A stretch of 64,000 nt of DNA from Myxococcota bacterium (GTDB lineage: Bacteria; Myxococcota_A; UBA9160; UBA6930). Location: the NCBI GenBank assembly GCA_965223705.1, contig OZ245015.1, forward strand, positions 3,968,001-4,032,000, given 5' to 3'. Within the stretch, counting starts at the first letter, position 1, and every line of letters begins with the position of its first letter. The position numbers and the translations under genes are program-made. The notes beneath the pieces were generated by a model. That model made no database searches. It was not told where the DNA came from and saw nothing but the letters and a program-made list of their open reading frames with translations. Positions 1 through 9,814 of this stretch are shown in pieces.

Positions 1-1031
1 GGATGCTCCTCGTCCCGAGGCACCATCTCAATCACCACGGCGTGTCGGCGCTCCCATCGGTCGTTCGCGAACGAGAGTCCCGAAGGTCCGTAGTCGGCGT
101 CTTCCGTGTACGGGTATCCCTTCACGCGGGTGTTCGTCGGCGCGAGGACCTCGCGTTCCTCGAGGCACTTCCAGCGGTACTGCGGAGGGAGCCCCGAGAA
201 CGAGAACAGGTCGTCGAAACTGAAATCGGTACCGGCGACGGCGCTGGCCCGCTGACGCTGGGTGATCTTTCGAACGCGACGGACCTCGCGCGAGTAGATC
301 CAGGTGTCTTCGGGTTTCGCGGTTTCCATGGGCCCGAACGAATCGTGGTAGCGATAGGTCAGCGTGCGCGTCCCGCGTGCCTCGGCCGGCTCGTCGACTT
401 CGAAGCCGACCACGACCGCGCGCTTCTCGCGCGGGAAGACATCGCCGTCGGTCTCCGCGAACTGGGGCTCCGGCCGATATTTGAGCTGCCACGCGGTCGT
501 GGTTCCCTGGTAGCTGATGGGGCGGCGCTCACCGCGATCCCAATAGGTGTACTGAAACGAGGCTCGGGCTCCGAAGCCCTCCCAACGGTGCACGAAATTC
601 CAGATGATCTTGACGCCCGCGTCGGGGTCGTTCGCGCAGTCGAGCTGATCCATCGGGAAGGGCTGGCCTGCGCGGTGCCCGGACAAGCTGCCGTCGGGGC
701 CGAGCGTCGCGCTCCCCGCGAACCTCGTGGTGGCATCGCGGTAGACGGCGGGGGGGCTGTAGGAGCGGAACGCCGGGCCGATCTGGAGGCGCATACCGGG
801 ATAGAAAAAGTAGTCCCTGTGTGCCCAGAACGACTCGGGCAAGTAGGGCCTCAAGGCGTCGATTTCCTCGTGGCCGACGACATCGCCTTCAGCGAACGGG
901 AAGGACGCCCCCGGTTCCGCCGGGGAGACGGGGTTCGCCTCAGCTCCGGCCAGGACCGCCAGTCCCGTGAGAGCGAAAATCGCCGCTGCAAGACGCCACA
1001 ATTTCCCGATCGAGCGACCCGCTCGCGCCAC
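1..1031 (-). CDS. DUF1329-family exported protein, 3' end truncated by the window edge
   Basis: Not in the ORF track. Manual translation from GTG 1031 is open to the edge: signal-like N-terminus, GQPFP..DPDAGVKIIWN, DTWIYSREVRRVRK, GTDFSFDDLFSFSG, RWERRHAVVIE, all typical of DUF1329. Confidence 0.8.
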   Translation of the reverse strand, partial: MARAGRSIGKLWRLAAAIFALTGLAVLAGAEANPVSPAEPGASFPFAEGDVVGHEEIDALRPYLPESFWAHRDYFFYPGMRLQIGPAFRSYSPPAVYRDATTRFAGSATLGPDGSLSGHRAGQPFPMDQLDCANDPDAGVKIIWNFVHRWEGFGARASFQYTYWDRGERRPISYQGTTTAWQLKYRPEPQFAETDGDVFPREKRAVVVGFEVDEPAEARGTRTLTYRYHDSFGPMETAKPEDTWIYSREVRRVRKITQRQRASAVAGTDFSFDDLFSFSGLPPQYRWKCLEEREVLAPTNTRVKGYPYTEDADYGPSGLSFANDRWERRHAVVIEMVPRDEEH

Positions 1032-1122
1032 TACCGTGCTCCCTGCGATCCCTGCCCTCGACACGGTGTGAAACCGCCGACGCAGCTCGCGTTGCGGCGG
1101 CCGCCCTCGACCCGCCGGGGGC

Positions 1123-1554
1123 CTATGATACCTGCGGGGAGCGCTCTGGCGAGAAGAGGCCCGGGAGAATGTCCTTCGCCGTAGGATGCGCACTGCCGCG
1201 CGCCACCTCGTGGAAGCGAACGGAGACGGCGAGATCGTTTGCCGCGGGGAATCGAGAGGCAAAGTCAGATCGGACGCGTGCGAGAATCTCCTGCGCCTGC
1301 TCTTCGCCGACGTCGGTCAGGAGCAGGACGGCCCGCTCGCGCGTCAGCGCGAACACGCGGTCTTCGACGCGCAGCGAGGCTTCGACGAAGGCGATGAACT
1401 CGGGCACGAGTAGATCACCCTCTTCTCCTGCGATGCCGACGAACACGGCGGTGAGGTCGTGTTCGCGAATCAGTTCGCCGGCGCGCTCCATCAGCATCCG
1501 GAGGCGGCGGGGGTCTCGTTTGGCAACTTCGGCGTTCGGTTCTATGGCAAGCAC
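1123..1554 (-). CDS. Stand-alone degenerate GGDEF-like protein
   Basis: SLRVEDRVFALTRERAVLLLTDVGEEQAQEILARVR follows the GGDEF core pattern, with RxxD kept and GGDEF replaced by TRERA. Confidence 0.55.
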   Translation of the reverse strand: MLAIEPNAEVAKRDPRRLRMLMERAGELIREHDLTAVFVGIAGEEGDLLVPEFIAFVEASLRVEDRVFALTRERAVLLLTDVGEEQAQEILARVRSDFASRFPAANDLAVSVRFHEVARGSAHPTAKDILPGLFSPERSPQVS

Positions 1555-1590
1555 CTGAGCCCTATCGACGGCAATTACCCTCGACTGTAG

Positions 1591-2346
1591 TTATTGCACC
1601 TCGCTTTTGTGAAAAAGCGCGATGGCTGCCGCGACGGCCAGCCCGCTGCCCGCGAGAAGCAACAATGCGTTCCAAACGATGGAAATCTCAGCGGTATCGA
1701 GGAATCCGGCCCGCAGCAAGTCGACGCCGTACGTAAACGGGTTGAGGTAGGCGACCCAGCGCGTCGGGTCCGGAAGAGTCTCGAGGGGATAGAACATGGG
1801 CGATAGGAGGTAGATCGGGACCGTCACCAGGCCGGCGAGCATCCGGAACGACTCGAAGTTCCGCAGGCGCGTCGCCAGCGCGACCCCGAGCGCCACGAAG
1901 AACGCCGTGAGCGCTGTGACCGCGAGGAGTGCCGCGAAGGGTCTCGCCAGCCGGAGATCGGTAAAGAGTGCGAAGACCGCCAGGAGCGTGCCCACCAGGA
2001 GAAGGGAAACCGCGAGCCGCGCCGCGAGCTTCCCGGTGACGACACTACCGCGGGCGATGGGAGCCACGGCGAGCGCCCGCAAGAGCCCGGCCTCGCGGTC
2101 CTGAATGAGACTCATTCCCGCGCCCACGCCGCCGGAGGCGACGACCAGGGCGAGTACGCCCGATGCGAGATGCCCGACGTAGCTCGCTCCGCTGGGGAGC
2201 GAGACGACATCGTTCAGGCCGAAGCCGATCAGGGCAATGACCGCCAGGGGAAAGATCAGCTGCCCGAGCCAGTACGCCCGATCGCGCCGGTAGTGGAGCC
2301 ACTCGCGCCAAAAGATGGTCGCCGCATCGATCACGAGCGCGCTCAC
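1591..2346 (-). CDS. ABC-2 type transporter permease
   Basis: GTG 2346 overlaps the ATPase stop. Hydrophobic helices, DREAGLLRALAVAP, SPMFYPLETLP, NPFTYGVDLLR. Confidence 0.9.
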   Translation of the reverse strand: MSALVIDAATIFWREWLHYRRDRAYWLGQLIFPLAVIALIGFGLNDVVSLPSGASYVGHLASGVLALVVASGGVGAGMSLIQDREAGLLRALAVAPIARGSVVTGKLAARLAVSLLLVGTLLAVFALFTDLRLARPFAALLAVTALTAFFVALGVALATRLRNFESFRMLAGLVTVPIYLLSPMFYPLETLPDPTRWVAYLNPFTYGVDLLRAGFLDTAEISIVWNALLLLAGSGLAVAAAIALFHKSEVQ

Positions 2347-3326
2347 GGTGTGCTCGCTTCGGCAGCTTCGAAGGTGTGCCCCGTGTGGTGCAGGAACACG
2401 TTCTCGAGCGTCGGGCGCTCGAGATGTACTTCGAGCACCCGAAATGGACGAAGCCCGTCGAGGAGACCGGGCAAGCGTTCTGGGCCGTTTTCGATCAGGA
2501 TGCGGAGCACCGCCGCCCCGTCGTCTTCTTCTTCCCGCTCGACCGACACCACGCCGGCGAGACCCCGGAGCCGCTCCGCGATGCCGTCGGCCTTGGCGAG
2601 GCGAATGCGGACCACATCGCCGCCGAGCTCCGCTTTGAGGGCTTCGGGCGTTCCCGTCGCGACAATCTTGCCGCCGTCCAAGATGGCCAGGCGATCGCAG
2701 AGCGCGTCGGCTTCCTCCATGGCATGGGTCGTGAGAAAGACCGTCGTCTGCGCTCGCGTGAGCGCTCCGATCTGATCCCACACCGCTCGCCGAGCCGCGA
2801 CGTCGAGACCGAGGGTCGGCTCATCGAGAAAGAGGAGTCGCGGCTGCGGAAGCATGCCTCGGGCGATTTCGAGGCGCCGCGCCATGCCGCCCGAGAACCC
2901 GCGCACCGGCCGATCGGCGGCGTCGAGGAGGCCCGCGGACGCAAGCGCGCCCTCGACACGTGCCGCGCGATTCTCGAGATGATAGAGACGCGCGTGGAAC
3001 GCCAGATGCTCCCGCGCCGAGAGTTCCCGATCGAGGCAGTTCTCCTGAAAAACGATGCCGATCTGGCGTCGCACGGCCGCGCGTTCCCGGGCGGCGTCGT
3101 CGCCGAACACGCGCGCGGCGCCGGTGTCGGCGCGGAGAAGCGTCGCTCCGATACCGACCGCCGTGCTCTTGCCGGCACCATTCGGCCCGAGCAACCCGAA
3201 GCACCCCCCCTCGGGCACCGAGAGCGACAGGTCGACCAACGCCCGGACCGCACCGTAGTGCTTGCTGACGTTCTCAAAGACCAACGCGGGGGGTGCCGCT
3301 TGATGCCTGGCAGAGTCGGTTTTCAC
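2343..3326 (-). CDS. ABC transporter ATP-binding protein (DrrA-like exporter)
   Basis: Walker A GPNGAGKS, signature FSGGM, Walker B LFLDEPT, TTHAMEEA. Confidence 0.93.
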   Translation of the reverse strand: MKTDSARHQAAPPALVFENVSKHYGAVRALVDLSLSVPEGGCFGLLGPNGAGKSTAVGIGATLLRADTGAARVFGDDAARERAAVRRQIGIVFQENCLDRELSAREHLAFHARLYHLENRAARVEGALASAGLLDAADRPVRGFSGGMARRLEIARGMLPQPRLLFLDEPTLGLDVAARRAVWDQIGALTRAQTTVFLTTHAMEEADALCDRLAILDGGKIVATGTPEALKAELGGDVVRIRLAKADGIAERLRGLAGVVSVEREEEDDGAAVLRILIENGPERLPGLLDGLRPFRVLEVHLERPTLENVFLHHTGHTFEAAEASTP

Positions 3327-3369
3327 ACGGTGCTCGTACGGGCCCGCGATGCTAGAAGACTGGACTCCG

Positions 3370-4260
3370 ATGCGCGATGAGAACTCGACACAAAGCGCGG
3401 GGCATCTACCCGCGGCGATCTACTTCCTGGTCGCCACCACCACCGGACTCATCGTGTTGGGGGCTCTGGTGCGGGCTCACGAGGCCGGGCTCGCGTGTCC
3501 GGATTGGCCGCTCTGTTTCGGCGAGGTCATCCCGGAGATGGACCTCAAGATCGCCTTCGAATGGAGCCACCGCGCCCTGGCCGGCAGCGTTTCGCTGGTT
3601 TTTGCCGGAATCCTGTGGTTTTGCTGGCGTAAACCGGAGTTGTGGCGGCGCACGCGGATCCCGTTGTGCTTCGCGGCCGTGCTGCTCGCCGTCCAGATCA
3701 TCTTGGGCGCGCTCACGGTCTGGCAGCTCTTGGCGGCCTGGACCGTCACGGCGCACCTCCTGACCGGCAACGCGTTCAACGTCGCGCTCTCCCTCGCGGC
3801 GCACCGCAGCCGAGCTCCCCGCCCCCATCCGGTCGCCGCGCCCCGGGCGGCGCGCACGATAGGAGCCGTCGCCGTCGCCCTCCTGGTCCTACAAGTCGCG
3901 CTCGGCGGTCTCGTTTCGTCGACGTTCGCCGGCCTCGCCTGCCCGGAGTGGCCGGCTTGTAGCGGCGGTGAGTTTCTCCCGTCATTCGAGGGTTCGGTCG
4001 GCCTCCACTTGGCCCACCGTTGGAACCCGGTGCTGCTCGTCGCCGCCCTCGCCCTGGCCGCCATTTTTTCGCGGGGTACGGCGGGCGGCCGTTGGTGGCT
4101 CGGGGCGCTTTGCCTCGCCCTGTTGCAATGGGGGGTCGGGATCGCGAATGTCGCCTTCGCCCTGGCGGTCGAGGTCACCGCGCTTCATTCGGGGATCGCC
4201 GCGCTGCTCATTCTCTGCGAAGCTCGGGCGCTTCACGACAGTTTCTACCGGGAGTCATAG
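3370..4260 (+). CDS. ctaA: Heme A synthase, COX15/CtaA family
   Basis: GLACPDWPLC, FEWSHR, second GLACPEWPAC, HLAHRW and conserved His residues in a multi-TM protein. Confidence 0.85.
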   Translation: MRDENSTQSAGHLPAAIYFLVATTTGLIVLGALVRAHEAGLACPDWPLCFGEVIPEMDLKIAFEWSHRALAGSVSLVFAGILWFCWRKPELWRRTRIPLCFAAVLLAVQIILGALTVWQLLAAWTVTAHLLTGNAFNVALSLAAHRSRAPRPHPVAAPRAARTIGAVAVALLVLQVALGGLVSSTFAGLACPEWPACSGGEFLPSFEGSVGLHLAHRWNPVLLVAALALAAIFSRGTAGGRWWLGALCLALLQWGVGIANVAFALAVEVTALHSGIAALLILCEARALHDSFYRES

Positions 4261-4262
4261 CC

Positions 4263-4742
4263 ATGCGCGCGTTCGAGGTTTTTTCCGCGATGGATCCGGA
4301 GCACGGAGAAGCCGTGCTCGCGGAAATCGCGAGCCACGCGCCCGGCGTCTACGCGCAAGCGATGGCCGTCGTGGGCGCGACGCTCAATACAAGACCGCAG
4401 TACATTTTGAAGCAAACGCCCGGAAAGCGCGCTGACATGATCCGGAAGGTGCTCGGCCGTGTCCGCTCGAACGATATGGCGGAGGAAGTGCTGGCCACGT
4501 ATTTCATCGATGTGCGGAAGGACCTCCTGGTCGAGTGGCTCGACCTTCTGGGACTCGCGCACGAAGAAGGCGTCCTACAGAGCGAGGAACCCGAATCTCC
4601 CGGGGGCGAAAAGATCGCCTCGGCGGTCGCGGATTTCCGCAAACCCGAGGATGCCACCCACGCGGATCGGGAGCTCTTGCTGCGCGCGTTCGCGGCGCAG
4701 CGCGCGGTCGATTGGCCGGAGCTCGAAGCGCTTCTCGCCTAG
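4263..4742 (+). CDS. Hypothetical helical protein
   Basis: ATG 4263 lies 2 nt after the ctaA stop; coding-like composition; no recognised motif. Confidence 0.7.
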   Translation: MRAFEVFSAMDPEHGEAVLAEIASHAPGVYAQAMAVVGATLNTRPQYILKQTPGKRADMIRKVLGRVRSNDMAEEVLATYFIDVRKDLLVEWLDLLGLAHEEGVLQSEEPESPGGEKIASAVADFRKPEDATHADRELLLRAFAAQRAVDWPELEALLA

Positions 4743-5644
4743 CTCTTCAGCATGTCGACGAGCATCTTCATCTCGTCGCCGATGCCGCCGGGGATGATGA
4801 AGGTCTCGGTGTCGCGGATCGCATCCATCTGATTCATCACTTCTTCGGCGCTGGGTTTCGCGGCCTTCCCCGCGTACCAACCCGGCGTGAGGCCGACGAA
4901 CATCCGCGCGAAGCGTCCCCCACCCACGGAAAAAACCTCATGGGTCACGTCGCACGCTTCGGACACCAAGTAGACGACGAGGGGTGTCACACACTCCGGA
5001 TCGAGCGCTTCGGCCAAGGGGCCGAGCAGACTCTCCGTCATCCGCGTGCGCGCGATCGGCGCGATCGCGTTCGCTTTGATGTCGTATTTCGCCCCTTCTT
5101 GAGCGAGGACGTGCGCCAACCCGACGAGACCCATTTTTGCAGCGCCGTAGTTCGACTGACCGAAGTTGCCGAGCAGACCCGCCGCGGAGGACGTGAAGAC
5201 GAAACGTCCGAAACCATTCTCTTTCATCGCCCGGAAAGCCGGCTGCGAAACGTAGAACGCGCCCTTCAAGTGCACGTCGAGGACGATCTCGAGTTCTTCG
5301 GGCGTGAGTTTCGTGAAGCTCTTGTCGCGCAAGACACCGGCGTTGTTGATCACGGCGTCGACGCGACCGAACGCGTCGAGCGCGGACTGCACGATGGCTT
5401 CGCCACCTTCCGGCGTGGAGACGGAATCGTAGTTCGCGACAGCGGCGCCGCCGGCTTTTTCGATTTCTTCGACGCAGGCGTCCGCCATGTTGCTGCCCGA
5501 GCCCGACCCGTCCACCGAGCCGCCCAAGTCGTTGACGAGGATCTGCGCCCCGCGGCGGGCGAGCTCTAACGCGTAGGTCTTCCCGAGCCCGCCACCAGCG
5601 CCGGTCACCACGACCACGCGTCCATCGAAACGAAGTTCTGCCAT
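4739..5644 (-). CDS. SDR oxidoreductase (MFE-2 / 3-hydroxyacyl-CoA dehydrogenase-like)
   Basis: TGAGGGLG, VNDLGG, NNAGVLRD, GNFGQSNYGAAK (YxxxK). Confidence 0.9.
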   Translation of the reverse strand: MAELRFDGRVVVVTGAGGGLGKTYALELARRGAQILVNDLGGSVDGSGSGSNMADACVEEIEKAGGAAVANYDSVSTPEGGEAIVQSALDAFGRVDAVINNAGVLRDKSFTKLTPEELEIVLDVHLKGAFYVSQPAFRAMKENGFGRFVFTSSAAGLLGNFGQSNYGAAKMGLVGLAHVLAQEGAKYDIKANAIAPIARTRMTESLLGPLAEALDPECVTPLVVYLVSEACDVTHEVFSVGGGRFARMFVGLTPGWYAGKAAKPSAEEVMNQMDAIRDTETFIIPGGIGDEMKMLVDMLKS

Positions 5645-5698
5645 GCCGTCCTCCCAAAAACGAGGCTGCACTGTAGCGCGGAACGCCGGTGCTTTGGG

Positions 5699-6487
5699 CT
5701 AGGCGAAGCGATCGGCGCCTGCGCCAGACGCCCTGCGGAGCCACGATCGCGGCGTCAGGCGGGCCAGACGGTAGAGCGCGCGGTAGCGCTTGCCGGGGAT
5801 GCAGAGCAGCTCGTCCCGAGCGAGGGCGGAAAGCGATGCTTCGACCACGGATTCCGGGCTAAGCCAAGCGAACGCCGGGATCTTCGACGCATCGATCCCG
5901 GCCCGCCGCTGAAATTCCGTGCGCGTGAAGCCCGGGAGCAGAGCTTGAACCCGGACGCCGCGACCCCGAACTTCCTCGTGCAGCGATTCCGAGAAATGCG
6001 TGAGGAACGCCTTCGATGCACCGTACGTCGCCGAGCGCGGCGACGGCGTCTCTCCGGCGAGAGACGACACGTTGATCACGGCACCGAGGCCGCGCTGCAG
6101 CATACCGGGCAAGCAAGCCCGCGCGAGACGCAGCGGTGCGATGACGTTCGTGTGCACTTCTCGCGCTTCTTCATCGGGCGAGCTCTCCGCGAAAGGGCCG
6201 TAGGTACCGAACCCGGCGTTGTTCACCAGCAGATCGATCGGCCGTCCCGCGAGCTGCGAGCACAACGCGCGGCACGCCTCTTCCCGTGACAGGTCACAGG
6301 CCATGATCTCGACCGCGAGCCCCGGCGTCTGCGCCCTGAGCTCTTCGGCCAGACCGTTCAAGCGCTCTGTGTCTCGGGAGATCAGAACGAGCGAGCGAAG
6401 CGATGGAGCCAATCGGATCGCGAACGCGCGGCCGATTCCCACCGAAGCGCCGGTGACCGCCGCCGCCTCTCCCACGTGGAACTGCAT
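5699..6487 (-). CDS. SDR oxidoreductase (DltE-like)
   Basis: TGASVGIG, NNAGFG, YGASK, PGFTRTEF. Confidence 0.88.
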   Translation of the reverse strand: MQFHVGEAAAVTGASVGIGRAFAIRLAPSLRSLVLISRDTERLNGLAEELRAQTPGLAVEIMACDLSREEACRALCSQLAGRPIDLLVNNAGFGTYGPFAESSPDEEAREVHTNVIAPLRLARACLPGMLQRGLGAVINVSSLAGETPSPRSATYGASKAFLTHFSESLHEEVRGRGVRVQALLPGFTRTEFQRRAGIDASKIPAFAWLSPESVVEASLSALARDELLCIPGKRYRALYRLARLTPRSWLRRASGAGADRFA

Positions 6488-6583
6488 TTCTTGCCTCTCT
6501 CGTAACCCAGCGACTTTTTGGAGCGTAATGCGGTTCGAGATCGCGGAAAAGAAGGAAGAGGCCACCTACCGTTGGAACACGCC

Positions 6584-7315
6584 ATGGAATCGCTCGAAGA
6601 AATCGACGCCCCGCTCCCGCCGAAGAACCGCTGGTTGCGCATGGGAGCGATCGCGCTGGGGATTATCGCGATCGTGCTCCTCGCTCGAGAGGCCGGCGGC
6701 TATGTCCCGCGTTTTGCCGATTGGGTCGGCTCTCTCGGCTTTTGGGGTCCCGTCGTCTTCGTCCTGGGGTACGCCGCAGCGGTCGTCGCCTTGATTCCCG
6801 CTTCGGCGCTGACCCTCGCCGCGGGTGCCGTCTTCGGCTTGGGGTGGGGTGCGTTGTACGTGTTCATCGCCGCGGTCCTCGGGTCGACGGCGGCACTCCT
6901 CACTGCACGCTACCTCGCCCGCGGCTCGATCGAGCGACGCATCGCGGGCGACGCGCGTTTCCTGGCCATCGACCGCGCCATCGAGGAGCAGGGGAGAAAG
7001 ATCGTCTTCCTCTTGCGGCTCACGCCCGCGGTGCCTTTCGGCCTCCTCAACTATGCGCTGGGACTCACGAGAGTCCGCGTCGTCGACACGTTGATCGCGT
7101 CCGTCGGGATGCTCCCGGGAACCCTCCTTTACGTGTACGGAGGGAAGGTCGCGGGGGACGTCGCGGCGGCTGCCTCAGGATCGGGCGAAGGACGAAGCCC
7201 GGCCGAGCTCGCGCTCTTGGCCGTCGGCTTCGTCGCCACGATCGCCGTGACCGTTCTCGTGACGCGCATCGCCCGCAAGGCCCTCGCGGAAGCGACGGAA
7301 GGATCGGAGTCATAG
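6584..7315 (+). CDS. TVP38/TMEM64 (SNARE-associated, DedA superfamily) membrane protein
   Basis: PASALTLAAGAVFG, LLRLTPAVPFGLLNYALG, GMLPGTLLYVY. Confidence 0.9.
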   Translation: MESLEEIDAPLPPKNRWLRMGAIALGIIAIVLLAREAGGYVPRFADWVGSLGFWGPVVFVLGYAAAVVALIPASALTLAAGAVFGLGWGALYVFIAAVLGSTAALLTARYLARGSIERRIAGDARFLAIDRAIEEQGRKIVFLLRLTPAVPFGLLNYALGLTRVRVVDTLIASVGMLPGTLLYVYGGKVAGDVAAAASGSGEGRSPAELALLAVGFVATIAVTVLVTRIARKALAEATEGSES

Positions 7316-8836
7316 ATGCCCTCGCCTCGCGTTCTACCGGAAGACGCGTTCAACCGAACCCTCGTCGAACACGTCCATCCGCCGGACTGGAAGAACCCGA
7401 CGCCGTCCGGGCGCTACAACCTCGTCGTCATCGGCGCGGGTAGCGCGGGCTTGATCTCTGCGCTTGTCGCATCGAGCCTCGGCGCGAAGGTCGCACTCAT
7501 CGAACGACACCTCATGGGCGGTGATTGTCTCAACGTGGGGTGCGTCCCGAGTAAGGCGTTGATACGCCAAGCGCGGCGCGTCGCCGAAGCGCGAGGACTC
7601 GGTCCACTCGGGATGGCTCCGCCCGTCGAGCAGCTCCCGGATTTCGATGCCGCGATGCGACGCGTACGGGAGGTCCGCGCAACCATCAGCCCCGAAGACT
7701 CGGCCGAGCGCTACCGCGACGAGTTCGGCATCGATGTCTTCTTGGGCAACGCGCGTTTCGAGAGTGGCGACGAGATCTCGGTCGACGGTGCTCGTCTGCG
7801 CTTTGCGAAGGCGGTGATCGCCACCGGCGGACGCCCCGTCGCCCCTCCGATCGAGGGCCTCGCGGAAGCCGGCTACCTGACGAACGAGACACTCTTCGAG
7901 AAAACAGCGCGTCCCGGCCGCTTCGGCGTGGTGGGCTCAGGGCCCATCGGTGTCGAGATGGCGCAGGCCTTCCAACGACTGGGGAGCGCCGTCACGATCT
8001 TTGAGAAGGCGGACCAAGTACTGACGCGCGAAGATCCCGACGCCGCTGCCATTGTCCAGCGTGCGCTGGTTCGCGACGGCGTCGATCTACGCCTAGGACG
8101 CGGCGTCGTCCGGATCGAAAAGAAAGGCGACGAGCGGATCGTGCACGTCGCGAGCGGCGACGGAGTCGAGTCGCAAGTGGCGGTCGACGAGCTGCTCGTC
8201 GCCGTCGGTCGCACACCCAACGTCGAAGACCTCGGCTTGGAGCGCGTGGGCGTCGAGGTCAACCGCCGCGGCATCGTGGTCGACGACAACCTCCGGACGA
8301 CAAACCCGCGCATCTTCGCCGCGGGCGACGTGGCACTTCGCTGGCAGTTTACGCACGCCGCCGACGCGGCTGCGAAGATCGTCGTTCAAAACGCGCTGTT
8401 CTTCGGCCGAAAGAAGGTCTCTTCACTCGTCATGCCGTGGTGCACCTACACCGATCCGGAAATCGCCCATGTCGGCATGTACGCGTCGGATGCGGAAGCC
8501 GCGGGCATCGAGATCGACACGTATCAGGTTCCGCTCGAACGCAACAACCGCGCGGTCACCGACGGCGAAGAAGAAGGCTTTGTGAAAGTCCACACAAAGA
8601 AGGGCAAGGACACGATCGTCGGGGCGACCGTCGTGGCCTCTCACGCCGGGGACATGATCTCGGAGTTCACGTTGGCGATCACGCAGGGAGTTGGCCTGGG
8701 CGCGTTTACGAACGTGATCCACCCCTACCCGACCCAGGCCGAAGCGATCAAGGCGGTGGCCGGTGCCTTCACCAAGACCCGCCTCACGCCGGGACTCAAA
8801 CGTGTCTTCAAAGCGTTGATGCGCCTGCGGCGCTGA
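7316..8836 (+). CDS. Pyridine nucleotide-disulfide oxidoreductase (mercuric reductase / LpdA-like)
   Basis: GAGSAG, GGDCLNVGCVPSK redox disulfide, GSGPIG, AAGDV, HPYPTQAE; no C-terminal Cys-Cys. Confidence 0.88.
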   Translation: MPSPRVLPEDAFNRTLVEHVHPPDWKNPTPSGRYNLVVIGAGSAGLISALVASSLGAKVALIERHLMGGDCLNVGCVPSKALIRQARRVAEARGLGPLGMAPPVEQLPDFDAAMRRVREVRATISPEDSAERYRDEFGIDVFLGNARFESGDEISVDGARLRFAKAVIATGGRPVAPPIEGLAEAGYLTNETLFEKTARPGRFGVVGSGPIGVEMAQAFQRLGSAVTIFEKADQVLTREDPDAAAIVQRALVRDGVDLRLGRGVVRIEKKGDERIVHVASGDGVESQVAVDELLVAVGRTPNVEDLGLERVGVEVNRRGIVVDDNLRTTNPRIFAAGDVALRWQFTHAADAAAKIVVQNALFFGRKKVSSLVMPWCTYTDPEIAHVGMYASDAEAAGIEIDTYQVPLERNNRAVTDGEEEGFVKVHTKKGKDTIVGATVVASHAGDMISEFTLAITQGVGLGAFTNVIHPYPTQAEAIKAVAGAFTKTRLTPGLKRVFKALMRLRR

Positions 8837-8840
8837 GCCC

Positions 8841-9206
8841 CTACAGGAGCTCGAGAACGTCTTCCGGAGGGCGACCGATCGCCGCGCGATCGCCGGTCAC
8901 AAAGATCGGGCGCTCCATCAGGATGGGATTCGCGGCGACGGCGCGCGCGAGCTCCGCGTCGGACGATTCCGAGGACAGTCCCGCCTCGGCAAACGCCGAC
9001 TCCTTTGTGCGGACGAACTCGTGGAGCGGGCGACCGAGCCGTGCCGCGACCGCTTCGAGCTCGGCCTCGTCGAGAGGCTCGTCGAGATAGAGCCGCACAT
9101 CGAACCCCGCGCCGCGCTCTTCGAGAAGCTCCTTGGTGCGGCGACTCTTCGAGCAACGCGGATTGTGAAGAAGAACCGGTCGATCTCCAGGGGACGGTAA
9201 GAACAT
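8841..9206 (-). CDS. arsC: ArsC-family (glutaredoxin-type) arsenate reductase
   Basis: HNPRCSKSR active-site loop, PILMERPI, AAIGRPPE. Confidence 0.8.
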   Translation of the reverse strand: MFLPSPGDRPVLLHNPRCSKSRRTKELLEERGAGFDVRLYLDEPLDEAELEAVAARLGRPLHEFVRTKESAFAEAGLSSESSDAELARAVAANPILMERPIFVTGDRAAIGRPPEDVLELL

Positions 9207-9322
9207 GCCGCGACGTTAGCTCGGTGAGAATAAAAGCTGAATAGTCGCCGACCGACCCTCCCGGACCCGTCCCGCGTTAATCTCCGCTGTCGAAGCCGTT
9301 GCCCGAGAAGCCGAGGAGAGAC

Positions 9323-9814
9323 ATGAAGATCCGATTGACCCTGAACGGCGAGGCGGTCGAAGACGAAGTGGAGCCGAGGCTCCTCCTCGTTCACTACCTA
9401 CGCGAGAACCGCGACCTGACCGGGACCCACATCGGTTGTGAGACCAGCATCTGCGGTGCCTGTACGGTGCTGGTCGATGGCCGACCCACCAAGAGCTGCA
9501 CGATGTTCGCAGTCCAGGCCGATGGCAGCGAGATCCAGACCATCGAGGGCATGGGCACCGCAGACCAGCTGCATCCCCTGCAGCAAGGTTTCTGGGAGGA
9601 GCACGGTCTCCAGTGCGGGTACTGCACGCCGGGTATGATCATGAGCGCCAGTGCGCTTCTCGCGGAAAGTCCGCGCCCGACAGACGAAGAGATTCGCTTG
9701 GCTCTCGAAGGAAATATCTGCCGCTGCACCGGCTATCAGCAAATTGTCGACGCCATTCAGCACGCGGCCGCCATCGCTCGAGGTGAAACCGCGCCGCCGT
9801 CGGGAAGTGAGTAA
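9323..9814 (+). CDS. coxS: CoxS-like 2Fe-2S subunit
   Basis: [13 protein letters not shown] and [21 protein letters not shown] Shine-Dalgarno before ATG 9323. Confidence 0.9.
   Translation: MKIRLTLNGEAVEDEVEPRLLLVHYLRENRDLTGTHIGCETSICGACTVLVDGRPTKSCTMFAVQADGSEIQTIEGMGTADQLHPLQQGFWEEHGLQCGYCTPGMIMSASALLAESPRPTDEEIRLALEGNICRCTGYQQIVDAIQHAAAIARGETAPPSGSE

Noticed and set aside
3..1184. 393-aa plus-strand ORF
   Set aside because: Antisense shadow of the DUF1329 gene on the minus strand.
7316..8836. True mercuric reductase merA
   Set aside because: No C-terminal Cys-Cys pair, no NmerA domain and no mer operon genes.
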